From Thermomicrobiales bacterium (GTDB lineage: Bacteria; Chloroflexota; Chloroflexia; Thermomicrobiales; UBA6265): 64,000 nucleotides of DNA. Shown here one piece after another: positions 11,722-19,843 of the stretch (position 1 is its first letter; each line of letters starts with the position of its first letter). Location: NCBI GenBank assembly GCA_049841275.1, contig JASGDN010000061.1:4784-68783 (forward strand), read 5' to 3'. A program made the position numbers and the translations under genes. The notes beneath the pieces were generated by a model. The model ran no database searches. It was not told the DNA's origin and worked only from the letters and a program-made list of their open reading frames with translations.

Positions 11722-12612
11722 CTAGAACTCGCTGATCAGGATGATGATCGCGCTCGGCAGCGTGAGGATGACGGAGGCGATCAGGACCCACCAGAAATAC
11801 TGCTTCTCACGGCTTGGGCCATTCTGCGAGAAGTTGATGGCAATGATCCGCAGGCCGTTCAGCGTGTGGTAGATCACCGCGCCAACGAGCAGGATCTCCA
11901 TCGGGATGATGAACCAGTTGCCGTAGAACTCGACCGAGTGGTTGTAGACATCCCGGCCGAGGCCGATCAGCATGATGTCGATGATGTGAATGAGCAGGAA
12001 GCCCAGGATGCCGATGCCCGTTGCGCGGTGTAGCACCCAGGCGTATTGACCGGTGTCGCCCGCATAGACCGGCACGCGGCCCTCACGCAGGTTCTTCACG
12101 ACCCACACGATCAGCGCGATCGTCGCGACGTATGTGCCGATCGCGAGCAGGAAGAGCAGGCCGCCGAGCCCCTTCGCGATCCACATCTGCCCGGAGAGTG
12201 GGCCGGTGTTGTCGCGCGACATCTGCTCGTTGAAGGTCACGATGGTGATGAGGCCGAGTACCGAGAAGATGACGCCGAAGACCCAGAGCAGACTGAATCC
12301 GACCTGGCGCTGGCCGGGGCTGCGCAGAAAGTCCTTGATCGAGAAGCGGAGGCCGATCAGCCCATGCCAGAGCGCGGCGAACAGCAACAGGGTGTCGAAC
12401 GTCCGCCACAGCGGGTTGGCCCAGCGTGCGGAGACGAAATCGAAGGTGGTGTCGGAGGGGACGTTCAGGTAGTGAGTGATGAAGAGATGGCCACCCGCCA
12501 GGAAGACCAGCGCCAGGCCGGACACACGGAGAAAGTACCACATCAGCCGCTCGGAGTTGGCACCTGCCGCGCCCATTCCGGATCGGCCTCGTTCTGTCGA
12601 TACGTACGCCAT
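11722..12612 (-). CDS. Fused SdhD-like / SdhC-like membrane protein (succinate dehydrogenase / fumarate reductase anchor family), orphan
   Basis: Start at MAYVSTERG (12612), preceded by GGGGGAGGA. The N-half FLRVSGLALVFLAGGHLFITHY...LLFAALWHGLIGLRFSIKDF resembles the SdhD anchor. The C-half WVLHRATGIGILGFLLIHI...VIYHTLNGLRIIAINF resembles cytochrome b SdhC (HRxTG and YHxxxGxR motifs). About 8 TM segments. Confidence 0.6.
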   Translation of the reverse strand: MAYVSTERGRSGMGAAGANSERLMWYFLRVSGLALVFLAGGHLFITHYLNVPSDTTFDFVSARWANPLWRTFDTLLLFAALWHGLIGLRFSIKDFLRSPGQRQVGFSLLWVFGVIFSVLGLITIVTFNEQMSRDNTGPLSGQMWIAKGLGGLLFLLAIGTYVATIALIVWVVKNLREGRVPVYAGDTGQYAWVLHRATGIGILGFLLIHIIDIMLIGLGRDVYNHSVEFYGNWFIIPMEILLVGAVIYHTLNGLRIIAINFSQNGPSREKQYFWWVLIASVILTLPSAIIILISEF

Positions 12613-12807
12613 TGCTCCCGCGTCCTCCCCCTCAGGATCGTGCCGCCGGTGGACGGATAACCGCCTGGTTCCCGTTGCGGGATACGCTGCGTCGCGCCCT
12701 GCCTGCGGGACACCGTCGGGATGAACTCTGGCGGGTATTGTACGCCGCCGATGAGGAGTCCGGTGCGGGAATGGAGAACAATTCTCGAAAACGTGCATGC
12801 ACGCCGG

Positions 12808-13506
12808 TCAGCGGTCCGGGTTGTCCTTCGAAGCGGAGACGGGCTTGATAGCGCCAAGGTTCACCCCGCCGAGCCGTCCCAGCGCGGCCAGGTCCAGACC
12901 GGGCGCCGCCGGGTTCGCGAACGGAAGATCCACCGCGCATATTCCCGTCTCTGGGTCGCAGGACGGATCGGCGGCGGGTGTCTCGCCAGGATCGGCTGCT
13001 GGAACGGCGTCGAGCTGGTCGCGCGTCCAGTCGCCGGAGCGTCCGCCCTGCTTCTTCTCGACCCGGATATCGCCGATCGTCATCCCACGATCGACCGCCT
13101 TCACCATGTCGTAGATGGTGAGTGCGGCGGCGGAGACGGCGGTGAGTGCCTCCATCTCGACGCCGGTCTGTCCCTTCGTGTCGACGCGCGCCTCGATCTC
13201 GATGGAGTCCTCCGTCAGCTCGAAGTCGACGTCGACGCGGGTCAGCAGCAGGGGATGACACATGGGGATGATCTCGGGCGTCTTCTTTGCCGCCATGATC
13301 GCCGCGACCTGGGCCACGGCGAGGACATCGCCCTTGGCGGCGCGCCCCTCCCGGATGATGGCGACGGTCTCCGGCTTCATGTGAATGCGGCCCCTGGCGA
13401 CCGCGATGCGCTGCGTTTCCGCCTTGCCGCCGACATCGACCATGCGGGCACGGCCGGACGCGTCGAAGTGGGTGAGATCGGTGCGGTTGTTGTCTGATTC
13501 GGACAT
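12808..13506 (-). CDS. moaC: Cyclic pyranopterin monophosphate synthase MoaC with ~65-aa C-terminal extension
   Basis: Contains [75 protein letters not shown]. MoaC is normally ~160 aa. This one has 232 aa with a Pro/Ala/Asp-rich tail. Confidence 0.9.
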   Translation of the reverse strand: MSESDNNRTDLTHFDASGRARMVDVGGKAETQRIAVARGRIHMKPETVAIIREGRAAKGDVLAVAQVAAIMAAKKTPEIIPMCHPLLLTRVDVDFELTEDSIEIEARVDTKGQTGVEMEALTAVSAAALTIYDMVKAVDRGMTIGDIRVEKKQGGRSGDWTRDQLDAVPAADPGETPAADPSCDPETGICAVDLPFANPAAPGLDLAALGRLGGVNLGAIKPVSASKDNPDR

Positions 13507-13584
13507 GGAAACCTGGTTCCTGCTCTGGATCGGCTAGGATGCTCTGCACAGGATAGTGCAGCGCGTCAGGAGTTCCCGCCCCGA

Positions 13585-14193
13585 ATGACCAGTTCCCCGC
13601 TACGCCAGCCCGATCTGATCGTGGTTCGTCACGCCAGCCCGCTCGTACAACCGGAGGTTCCGCCGAATGCGTGGTCGCTGTCGCCGAAGGGGTGTTGGGA
13701 TGCCCAGGCATTGGGCGTTCAGCTGCGGCCGTTCGGCCCGCTCCGGATTGTGACGAGTCCTGAGCTGAAGGCCATGCAGACCGGTGAGGCGATCCTTTCC
13801 GGTGACGCGCCGGCTACGGACGAGGCGTTCGGCGAACAGGGATTGGGTACGGTGCCGTTTCTGCCGGGCGACGCCTTCCGGAATCGGGTGATCGCACACT
13901 TCCGGTATCCGAATGAGCGCGTTCTCGGCGAAGAATCGTCTGTGGACGCCGCGATGCGGTTCGATCGCGGGGTGAACCGGCTGCTTGGCAATCGGATCGG
14001 TGGAAGCATCCCGGTCGTCGTGTCGCACGGACGCATCGTCAGTGCGTGGCTTGCCGCTTGTGCTGCGCCGGAGGACAGTGAAACGGTGGCCGCCGAGACG
14101 ATCTGGACGGACCTGCGCATGCCCGATGTCATCCTGCTGCATCGGGCGTCGTCCGGATTGACATGGCGGCTGCTCGACGCGGGAGGAGCGTGA
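13585..14193 (+). CDS. Histidine phosphatase family protein (phosphoglycerate-mutase-like)
   Basis: N-terminal LIVVRHASP (RHG-type motif variant) and the late motif VVVSHGRIVSAW. 202 aa. Confidence 0.72.
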   Translation: MTSSPLRQPDLIVVRHASPLVQPEVPPNAWSLSPKGCWDAQALGVQLRPFGPLRIVTSPELKAMQTGEAILSGDAPATDEAFGEQGLGTVPFLPGDAFRNRVIAHFRYPNERVLGEESSVDAAMRFDRGVNRLLGNRIGGSIPVVVSHGRIVSAWLAACAAPEDSETVAAETIWTDLRMPDVILLHRASSGLTWRLLDAGGA

Positions 14194-14194
14194 C

Positions 14195-14359
14195 GTGGGG
14201 CCGCTGGGACAGGCAATCATCAACGGTGTGGCGGTGGCGATGGTGGTCGCGTTGGCCTTCCTGATCCTTACGTATCCAACGGGAGAGCGGCTGGCGATCT
14301 CCATCGGGTTGGGGGCGATCGCCGCGATCGTCACCTATCTCCGTGCCCGGCGCATGTGA
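14195..14359 (+). CDS. Small hypothetical membrane protein (54 aa, 2 predicted TM)
   Basis: Below the ORF-track size cutoff. The GTG at 14195 lies 1 nt after the upstream stop and is preceded by GGGAGGAG. Translation: VGPLGQAIINGVAVAMVVALAFLILTYPTGERLAISIGLGAIAAIVTYLRARRM. Confidence 0.4.
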   Translation: MGPLGQAIINGVAVAMVVALAFLILTYPTGERLAISIGLGAIAAIVTYLRARRM

Positions 14360-14410
14360 GGGATGAACGAAACGGTAGGACCGCCCGAAACCGGGTGATC
14401 CTGCCGTTCG

Positions 14411-15622
14411 TCAGTCCTCGCGGGCGCGGCTGTCACCCTTGACGGTGATCAGTGGTGTCAGTGTGTGGACGATCTCGATGAGATCCATCTGCCGTGCGAT
14501 GACCGTCTCGATGTCCTTGTATGCGCCCGGTGCCTCGTCGATGTAGCCCTTGGACGCCTTCGAGAAGGTGCCCGCGAGCGACGCGGAGAAGGCGTTCGTG
14601 TCGATCGACCGGCGGGCGGCACTCCGGCTCATTCGGCGTCCGGCGCCGTGCGAGCACGACATCAGGCTCTCCGGATTGCCCCTGCCCCGCACGATGGAGC
14701 TCGGCGAACCCATCGATCCGGGGATGATCCCGAGTTGCCCGGCGAAGGCGGATGTCGCGCCTTTCCGATGCACCATCACCGGAACTCCGTCGTGCTCCTC
14801 CAGCGCGGCGAAGTTGTGGTGGATGCTGATCATCGGTTCCGGAGCCGGTGCATCAACCGCGATACCGGTCGTGGCCAGAACGTGGTGCAGTTGTTCCAGC
14901 ATCCCCTGGATCATCTGCGTGCGGCTGGCCAGCGCGAAATCGGTCGCCCACTGCATGTCGGCGAGGTAGTCCTGTCCGGTCTGGTCGTCCAGCGGCAGTG
15001 AAGCGAGATCCTTGCCAACGGCGAGCGAACGGGCCTCCGTGCTCCGGATCGCGAGCGCGTTGTAGTGGTCGGCAATCCGCAGGCCGGTGTGGCGCGAGCC
15101 CGAGTGGACCATCAGCCAGATGAGGCCGTTCTCATCGGCCTGTGCTTCGAGGAAGTGATTGCCGCCGCCGAGCGTCCCGAGCTGGAAGGCCGCCTTCTCC
15201 TGGATCAGTGACTGAAGCACCGTTGCCCGCAGTGGGCGGTCGAGGTCTCCAAGGTTCTGTGGATGCCGATGGACGTTGAAGCCGGTTGGGATGGTGCGGT
15301 TGACCTGCCCCGACCATGCGCGCCAGAAGGTCTTGTCCATCTGCTCGCGGTCGAGCGTGATGCCGGTGTTCAGCGCGCACATGCCGCAGCCGATGTCGAC
15401 GCCGACGGCGTTCGGGAGGACGGCATTCTCGGTGGGGAAGACGCACCCGATTGAGACACCGAAGCCGACGTGCGTGTCGGGCATGGCGGCGACGCGGAGC
15501 GAAACCTCCGGGTGGGAGGCCGCGTTGGTGAGTTGCTCCATGGCGCCGGGTTCGATCTCGGTTTCGGGCAGCCAGGTGTTGATGGGGACGCGCATGCTCC
15601 CCCGCTGGATGATGGTCTCCAT
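14411..15622 (-). CDS. rtcB: RNA-splicing ligase RtcB
   Basis: Start at METIIQRG (15622). Contains MPDTHVGFG..VGVDIGCGM..GGGNHFLE..MVHSGSRHTG..HHNFA..HRKGAT..IPGSMG..SCSHGAGR, the canonical RtcB metal and GMP-His motifs. Confidence 0.92.
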   Translation of the reverse strand: METIIQRGSMRVPINTWLPETEIEPGAMEQLTNAASHPEVSLRVAAMPDTHVGFGVSIGCVFPTENAVLPNAVGVDIGCGMCALNTGITLDREQMDKTFWRAWSGQVNRTIPTGFNVHRHPQNLGDLDRPLRATVLQSLIQEKAAFQLGTLGGGNHFLEAQADENGLIWLMVHSGSRHTGLRIADHYNALAIRSTEARSLAVGKDLASLPLDDQTGQDYLADMQWATDFALASRTQMIQGMLEQLHHVLATTGIAVDAPAPEPMISIHHNFAALEEHDGVPVMVHRKGATSAFAGQLGIIPGSMGSPSSIVRGRGNPESLMSCSHGAGRRMSRSAARRSIDTNAFSASLAGTFSKASKGYIDEAPGAYKDIETVIARQMDLIEIVHTLTPLITVKGDSRARED

Positions 15623-16100
15623 ATGGGTAGTTCCCTTGCATCGATGAGATTGGCAAAAAAGACAGTGTGTTTGGGCATCGCCGGAGGACCACGGGGTCCC
15701 CGTGCCGTCTCGATGCGCTGGATTCGGCCAGATGGTGTTAACGGGCGACCGGACGAAGTCCGCGGCGCAAGCCAGGTAGCTCGGCGATCGGCGGTGTCGG
15801 GTCGGACATTGGCGTCCTCCGGGAATACGCCGCCACAAAGCTGCCCGGCTTGCCTGGTTGGGACACGACCTGGCGTCCTCCACGCGGGGATGCGAGGAGG
15901 AGGTCGTGCACGGCAATGAGGGTGGCGAGCGTAATCATGGGGTCACAACGTCCGTTCATCGGTCGGATCCGGAGACATGGCAAGGACACACGTCCTGTCG
16001 CTCATTTCCGGCGGTGCCCTTCGAGGGGTGACGCCCATTCTAGCGAACAGATGTCCGAAATGGAACCCCTTGGCACAACATACATGAATCCCGGGACGCA

Positions 16101-16134
16101 AACGGGCAGGACGCATCAATGCGTCCTGCCCGTT
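16101..16134. terminator. 15-bp stem hairpin downstream of the P-loop gene
   Basis: AACGGGCAGGACGCA-TCAA-TGCGTCCTGCCCGTT, 13 nt beyond the minus-strand stop at 16147. Confidence 0.5.
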
Positions 16135-16146
16135 CCTCCAATCGAG

Positions 16147-16692
16147 TCAGTGGGAATGTGTGTCGTAGAGTTCCGGCGCCCAGGCGCGAACCAGGTCGAT
16201 GGTTTCCGATACATCCCGGCCATCGTTGTCGATCCGCAGAAACCGGAAATCGCCGTGTGCGGCGGCGAACGTCGTGTCTTCCGGATCGACGCGGTCGACC
16301 ATGTCCCGCCATTCCTTGGTCGATTGCTTGGGACGTTTGGCCCGTCGGATGTCACGCGTCGGCTTCCCGGCGCACAGCTGCACGACGTAGACATTCGCCT
16401 CGTCGGGCAGGACCTTCCGAAATGCGTCGTAGTGCTCGATGTTGCTCAGGAAACTCCCCGCGATCACCGTGCGGTAGTCGGCGGTCCAGAAGTTCCGCGT
16501 GAGGTCTGCCACGTTCTTCCACATCAGCTGGACGAATGCCTCATCCATCTGCCATGGATTGACCTGCCCGACGTCCTCGGCGTCAATTTGGGCGCTCGAT
16601 GGAGTTTCCTTCATCAAGGCCCGCACCGTCGTCGATTTTCCCGAACCTTCCTGCCCCACGAGAATCACGAGATTGTTACGCGCGTCCGACAT
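16147..16692 (-). CDS. P-loop NTPase / small kinase-like protein
   Basis: Start at MSDARNN (16692), preceded by GGAGGA. Walker A is in LVILVGQEGSGKSTTV. 181 aa. No further family assignment is possible by eye. Confidence 0.7.
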   Translation of the reverse strand: MSDARNNLVILVGQEGSGKSTTVRALMKETPSSAQIDAEDVGQVNPWQMDEAFVQLMWKNVADLTRNFWTADYRTVIAGSFLSNIEHYDAFRKVLPDEANVYVVQLCAGKPTRDIRRAKRPKQSTKEWRDMVDRVDPEDTTFAAAHGDFRFLRIDNDGRDVSETIDLVRAWAPELYDTHSH

Positions 16693-16874
16693 GATGTCCT
16701 CCTGCCCACGAAGAGACGCCGATATCCGCGTCATAGGGGAGAGTTCCTGCGCCTGCGGATACCGGATGTTCGAGAGCGGCGGGCACTGTACCACGCCAAA
16801 CGAGGCCGTGGCCATGCATGAATCGCGAATGCTGAGCCTGGTCGGATTCGTCCGGGCTGTTGTGGTGGAGACGA

Positions 16875-17333
16875 TCAGATCGCGACCGGCCGGTGGACGC
16901 GACGTTCGACCGCCAAGGTGTCTGGCAGGCGGATGGCATAGTCCTCGTCGGCCCGAAGGTCGGCCGTGAACGCCTTGCGTGAGCCATCTCCGTCGTAGAA
17001 GACGATATCGCCGGGATCGGAGTCGTTTGCCGTCACAACGAACGGGACATGTGTCGCCGTCGCGAGGTGGCTTAGCAGGGTTTCGAGGTTCTGCGTGGAT
17101 GCCGGAATCTCAAGGAGATAGTGCGCCGGGAAATCTCCCGGCTGGTCGTCCGTCTCCCGCTGCCAGATGATGAGGACATCATCACTCCGTAACGCGTGTA
17201 ATGCGACGTCGCTGAGCATCCGGGTCACAACTACTGTATCGCTGGGCACACCGAAGACTGACACGCTAGCCTGGCGTAGCGTCTCAGGTGCCGGTTCGTG
17301 CTCGAAGTAGATGTCGGGGCCAGAGACTCTCAT
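16875..17333 (-). CDS. Hypothetical acidic protein (152 aa)
   Basis: The ORF has high-GC third positions. Its ATG overlaps the upstream gene's stop (ATGA at 17330-17333). No recognisable motif. Confidence 0.55.
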   Translation of the reverse strand: MRVSGPDIYFEHEPAPETLRQASVSVFGVPSDTVVVTRMLSDVALHALRSDDVLIIWQRETDDQPGDFPAHYLLEIPASTQNLETLLSHLATATHVPFVVTANDSDPGDIVFYDGDGSRKAFTADLRADEDYAIRLPDTLAVERRVHRPVAI

Positions 17334-17761
17334 GGCTGTCGGCGTTCTTTCAGTATCCAGATCCGTTGAGCTTCAAGGATATGGACCTCCGCGATGTTCT
17401 GTCGCCGAATCTCGTAGTCGGCCAAGTCATTGATGCCATTGTAACGCGCATAGGCGCGCAAACAGATCACGACCGGGCGTGGAACGGGACCGATGAACCC
17501 ATCGCCACTGACAGGGAAAAGTCGTCCGGTCGGCTTGATCTGATAGACGCGCCCACGAATGTGGAACTGCGATCCGTCGCGATCGGCCAGCCCGGAGGTA
17601 ATGTCTGCCACATCGGCGGAGACATTCACTCCGGGAGCGATGAACGTGGTCCATTCGTCGGCAAGAATCGATTTCCGGATGCGTGCAATGAAATGACGGT
17701 CCGCCGGAGGGAGAACCGGGATTCGAGGTCGGTTTCTCTCTCGATCATTCTTGTCATCCAT
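17330..17761 (-). CDS. Hypothetical protein (143 aa)
   Basis: Start at MDDKNDRERN (17761), 22 nt downstream of the FAH-family gene on the same strand. Translationally coupled to 16875-17333. No recognisable motif. Confidence 0.55.
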   Translation of the reverse strand: MDDKNDRERNRPRIPVLPPADRHFIARIRKSILADEWTTFIAPGVNVSADVADITSGLADRDGSQFHIRGRVYQIKPTGRLFPVSGDGFIGPVPRPVVICLRAYARYNGINDLADYEIRRQNIAEVHILEAQRIWILKERRQP

Positions 17762-17783
17762 CGATATCGCTTGCTCGTCTCGC

Positions 17784-18644
17784 CTAGTCGGTGAGGCGGA
17801 CGACAGGATTCCGCAGGGTACCGATACCATCGATGGTGATGCTCACGACATCACCGTCCTGCAACGTGAACTCGCTCGGCGGGATGATCCCCGTGCCCGT
17901 GAACAGGAACGCCCCGCTCAGGAAGGCGTTGTGCTTGTGCAGATACGCCAGCAGGTCGTCGAACGAGCGGTGCAGTTGGTTCGTGGAGGTCGTCCCCGTG
18001 AAGATCTGCTCGCCGCCGCGTTCGATCACCAGCGTGATGTCGAGGTCGTTCGCGTTCGGCAGTTCGTTTACCAGCACGATCGCCGGCCCGAGACCCGCGC
18101 AGGCGGTATAGACCTTCGCCTGGGGCAGGTAGAGCGGGTTCTCACCTTCGATCGAGCGGGACGAGACATCGTTGCCGATCGTGTAGCCGACGAGCTCCCG
18201 GTGCGCGTTCACGACCAGCGCCAGTTCGGGCTCCGGCACGTCCCACGTCGAATCGCCCCGGATGGCTACTGTCCCATCCGGCCCGGAGACGCGGCTCGGT
18301 GTGGCCTTGAAGAAGAGTTCTGGGCGCTGCGCCTCATAGACGAGATCGTAGACATCCTTCTGTGTTGACTCCTCCATCCGGGCGTCGCGGCTGCGGGAGT
18401 AGGTGACGCCACACGCCCAGACCTCCTGCGTGTCGATCGGCGCGAGCAGCTCGATCTGGTCCACGCGAAGCGGGATGCGCGTGTTGTCGAGCACGTCCCG
18501 CACGGCAGCCTGGAGTTCCGCCAGAGACAGCCGAAGGGCAGCATCGACAGTCGAGGGAGAGGTGAATTCGTAGACGGCATCGCCATCGACCACGCCGAGG
18601 CGGGAGGTGGCGCTATCTGCGGTCTTGAAGCGGACAAGTGACAT
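17784..18644 (-). CDS. Fumarylacetoacetate hydrolase (FAH) family protein (2-keto-3-deoxy-sugar-acid dehydratase/hydrolase-like)
   Basis: 286 aa. Contains ..EVWACGVTYSRS..ELFFKATPSRVSGPDGTVAIR..VPEPELALVV..VGYTIGNDVSSRSIEGENPLYLPQAK..ITIDGIGTLRNPV, the FAH-fold metal and substrate motifs. Confidence 0.85.
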   Translation of the reverse strand: MSLVRFKTADSATSRLGVVDGDAVYEFTSPSTVDAALRLSLAELQAAVRDVLDNTRIPLRVDQIELLAPIDTQEVWACGVTYSRSRDARMEESTQKDVYDLVYEAQRPELFFKATPSRVSGPDGTVAIRGDSTWDVPEPELALVVNAHRELVGYTIGNDVSSRSIEGENPLYLPQAKVYTACAGLGPAIVLVNELPNANDLDITLVIERGGEQIFTGTTSTNQLHRSFDDLLAYLHKHNAFLSGAFLFTGTGIIPPSEFTLQDGDVVSITIDGIGTLRNPVVRLTD

Positions 18645-18788
18645 CAGTTGGCTCCTTCAAATGGGCTGAAAGTGTCGTTCGTTTTGTAGGGATCGATTTT
18701 GTGTCGATCCGTTACGACGGGCACGACAGACAGACATCTGCACTTCAGATGCCCCTGCTGGCAGCGATCATTTCCGGCTTCGCCAGAA

Positions 18789-18830
18789 GTGCTTCGCACG
18801 GGGGTTCTTCGCTGCGCTTAGAATGACATG
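18789..18830 (+). repeat. 42-nt intergenic repeat, copy A
   Basis: GTGCTTCGCACGGGGGTTCTTCGCTGCGCTTAGAATGACATG matches 22307-22348 at 37 of 42 positions in the same orientation. Located between lutA and the FAH gene. Confidence 0.7.
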
Positions 18831-18881
18831 GCTCGGTGCTTTTGGGATAGACCCTTGCGGACAGTACCAGTCCAGACGACC

Positions 18882-19766
18882 TCAGTCCTGCCGTTCGCGG
18901 ACGCGGTCGGCAAGGAGTTCCGCGATGTGCTTCACCTGCAGCGAGCGCCCTGACGCATCCGCGCCGCCTCGAAGGTGCATCAGGCAGCCCTGATTGTCCG
19001 TCACTAGCACTGGCGCGCCGGTCGTATCGGCGTTGTCCAGCTTGCGGTTCATCAATCGCTCGGCAATGAGCGGATACTCCAGGCTGAACGAGCCGCCGAA
19101 GCCGCAGCAGAGGACCTCGCCCAGCTCGCGAAGTTTGTAGCCCATCACGTCCTGGAGCAGGTAGCGTGGTTCTGCCTTCAGCCCGAGCGCGTTCAGGCCC
19201 TGGCAGGAATCGTGGTACGTCAGGGCATACGTCCCGCCGTCGAGCGGCGTCAGGCTGCCTGCCGGGATCTGCGCCACGTTTATCAGGAAGCTCGTGAAGT
19301 CGATGATCCGGTTTGCCAGGCGTTCGGCGCGGGCGTGCCAGAGGGGATCGTTGCGCAGGACGTGCAGGTAGTCCTGCGCGATCATCGCCACGCAACTCGC
19401 GCTGCCGGAGATGATGTAGTCGGCCGGAATCGCCTCCAGCCGTTTGATCGTGCGTTCGATCATCGGGCGGGCGTGCTTGGCATCACCGGAGTTGTGCGGG
19501 ATCAGGCCGCAGCAATGCAGGTTTTCCGGCGCGATCACCGCCACGCCGAGCGCCTGCAGAACCGTGCCGATCGCCTCGGCTTGCTCCGGATAGAACATCG
19601 TCGTCATGCAGCCGGGGTAGAGCGCGACCGTCATCCCATCCGCCGTGTTGGCGATCAATGCGGGCGTTGCGCCGGGGATGAGCCCTGGCGTGTCTCCACG
19701 ACCGCCGAGTCGCGGTGTCGGGAGCTTCTCGGTGATGGCGGAGGCGGTGGAACGGATCGTGTGCAT
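18882..19766 (-). CDS. lutA: Lactate utilization protein A (CCG-domain Fe-S oxidoreductase)
   Basis: Contains MTVALYPGCMTTMFYPEQAEAIGTVLQALGV..HCCG..SGSASCV..YHDSCQG..LCCGFGGSF, two CCG motifs. The start is uncertain: ATG 19766 is used, the homology-length start is 19634, and the frame stays open with coding-like codons up to GTG 19832. Confidence 0.8.
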   Translation of the reverse strand: MHTIRSTASAITEKLPTPRLGGRGDTPGLIPGATPALIANTADGMTVALYPGCMTTMFYPEQAEAIGTVLQALGVAVIAPENLHCCGLIPHNSGDAKHARPMIERTIKRLEAIPADYIISGSASCVAMIAQDYLHVLRNDPLWHARAERLANRIIDFTSFLINVAQIPAGSLTPLDGGTYALTYHDSCQGLNALGLKAEPRYLLQDVMGYKLRELGEVLCCGFGGSFSLEYPLIAERLMNRKLDNADTTGAPVLVTDNQGCLMHLRGGADASGRSLQVKHIAELLADRVRERQD

Positions 19767-19843
19767 GGGGCCGGGGTCCTTCGGTTGGCAAGCGTGGATG
19801 CGGCCCTTGTGGCCGCTTGGGTAGGCGGCCACGAGGGCCGCAT

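Noticed and set aside
12632-13711. 359-aa Arg-rich minus-strand ORF overlapping moaC
   Set aside because: It is out of frame with the conserved MoaC sequence on the same strand, and its composition is implausible (poly-Arg/Gly).
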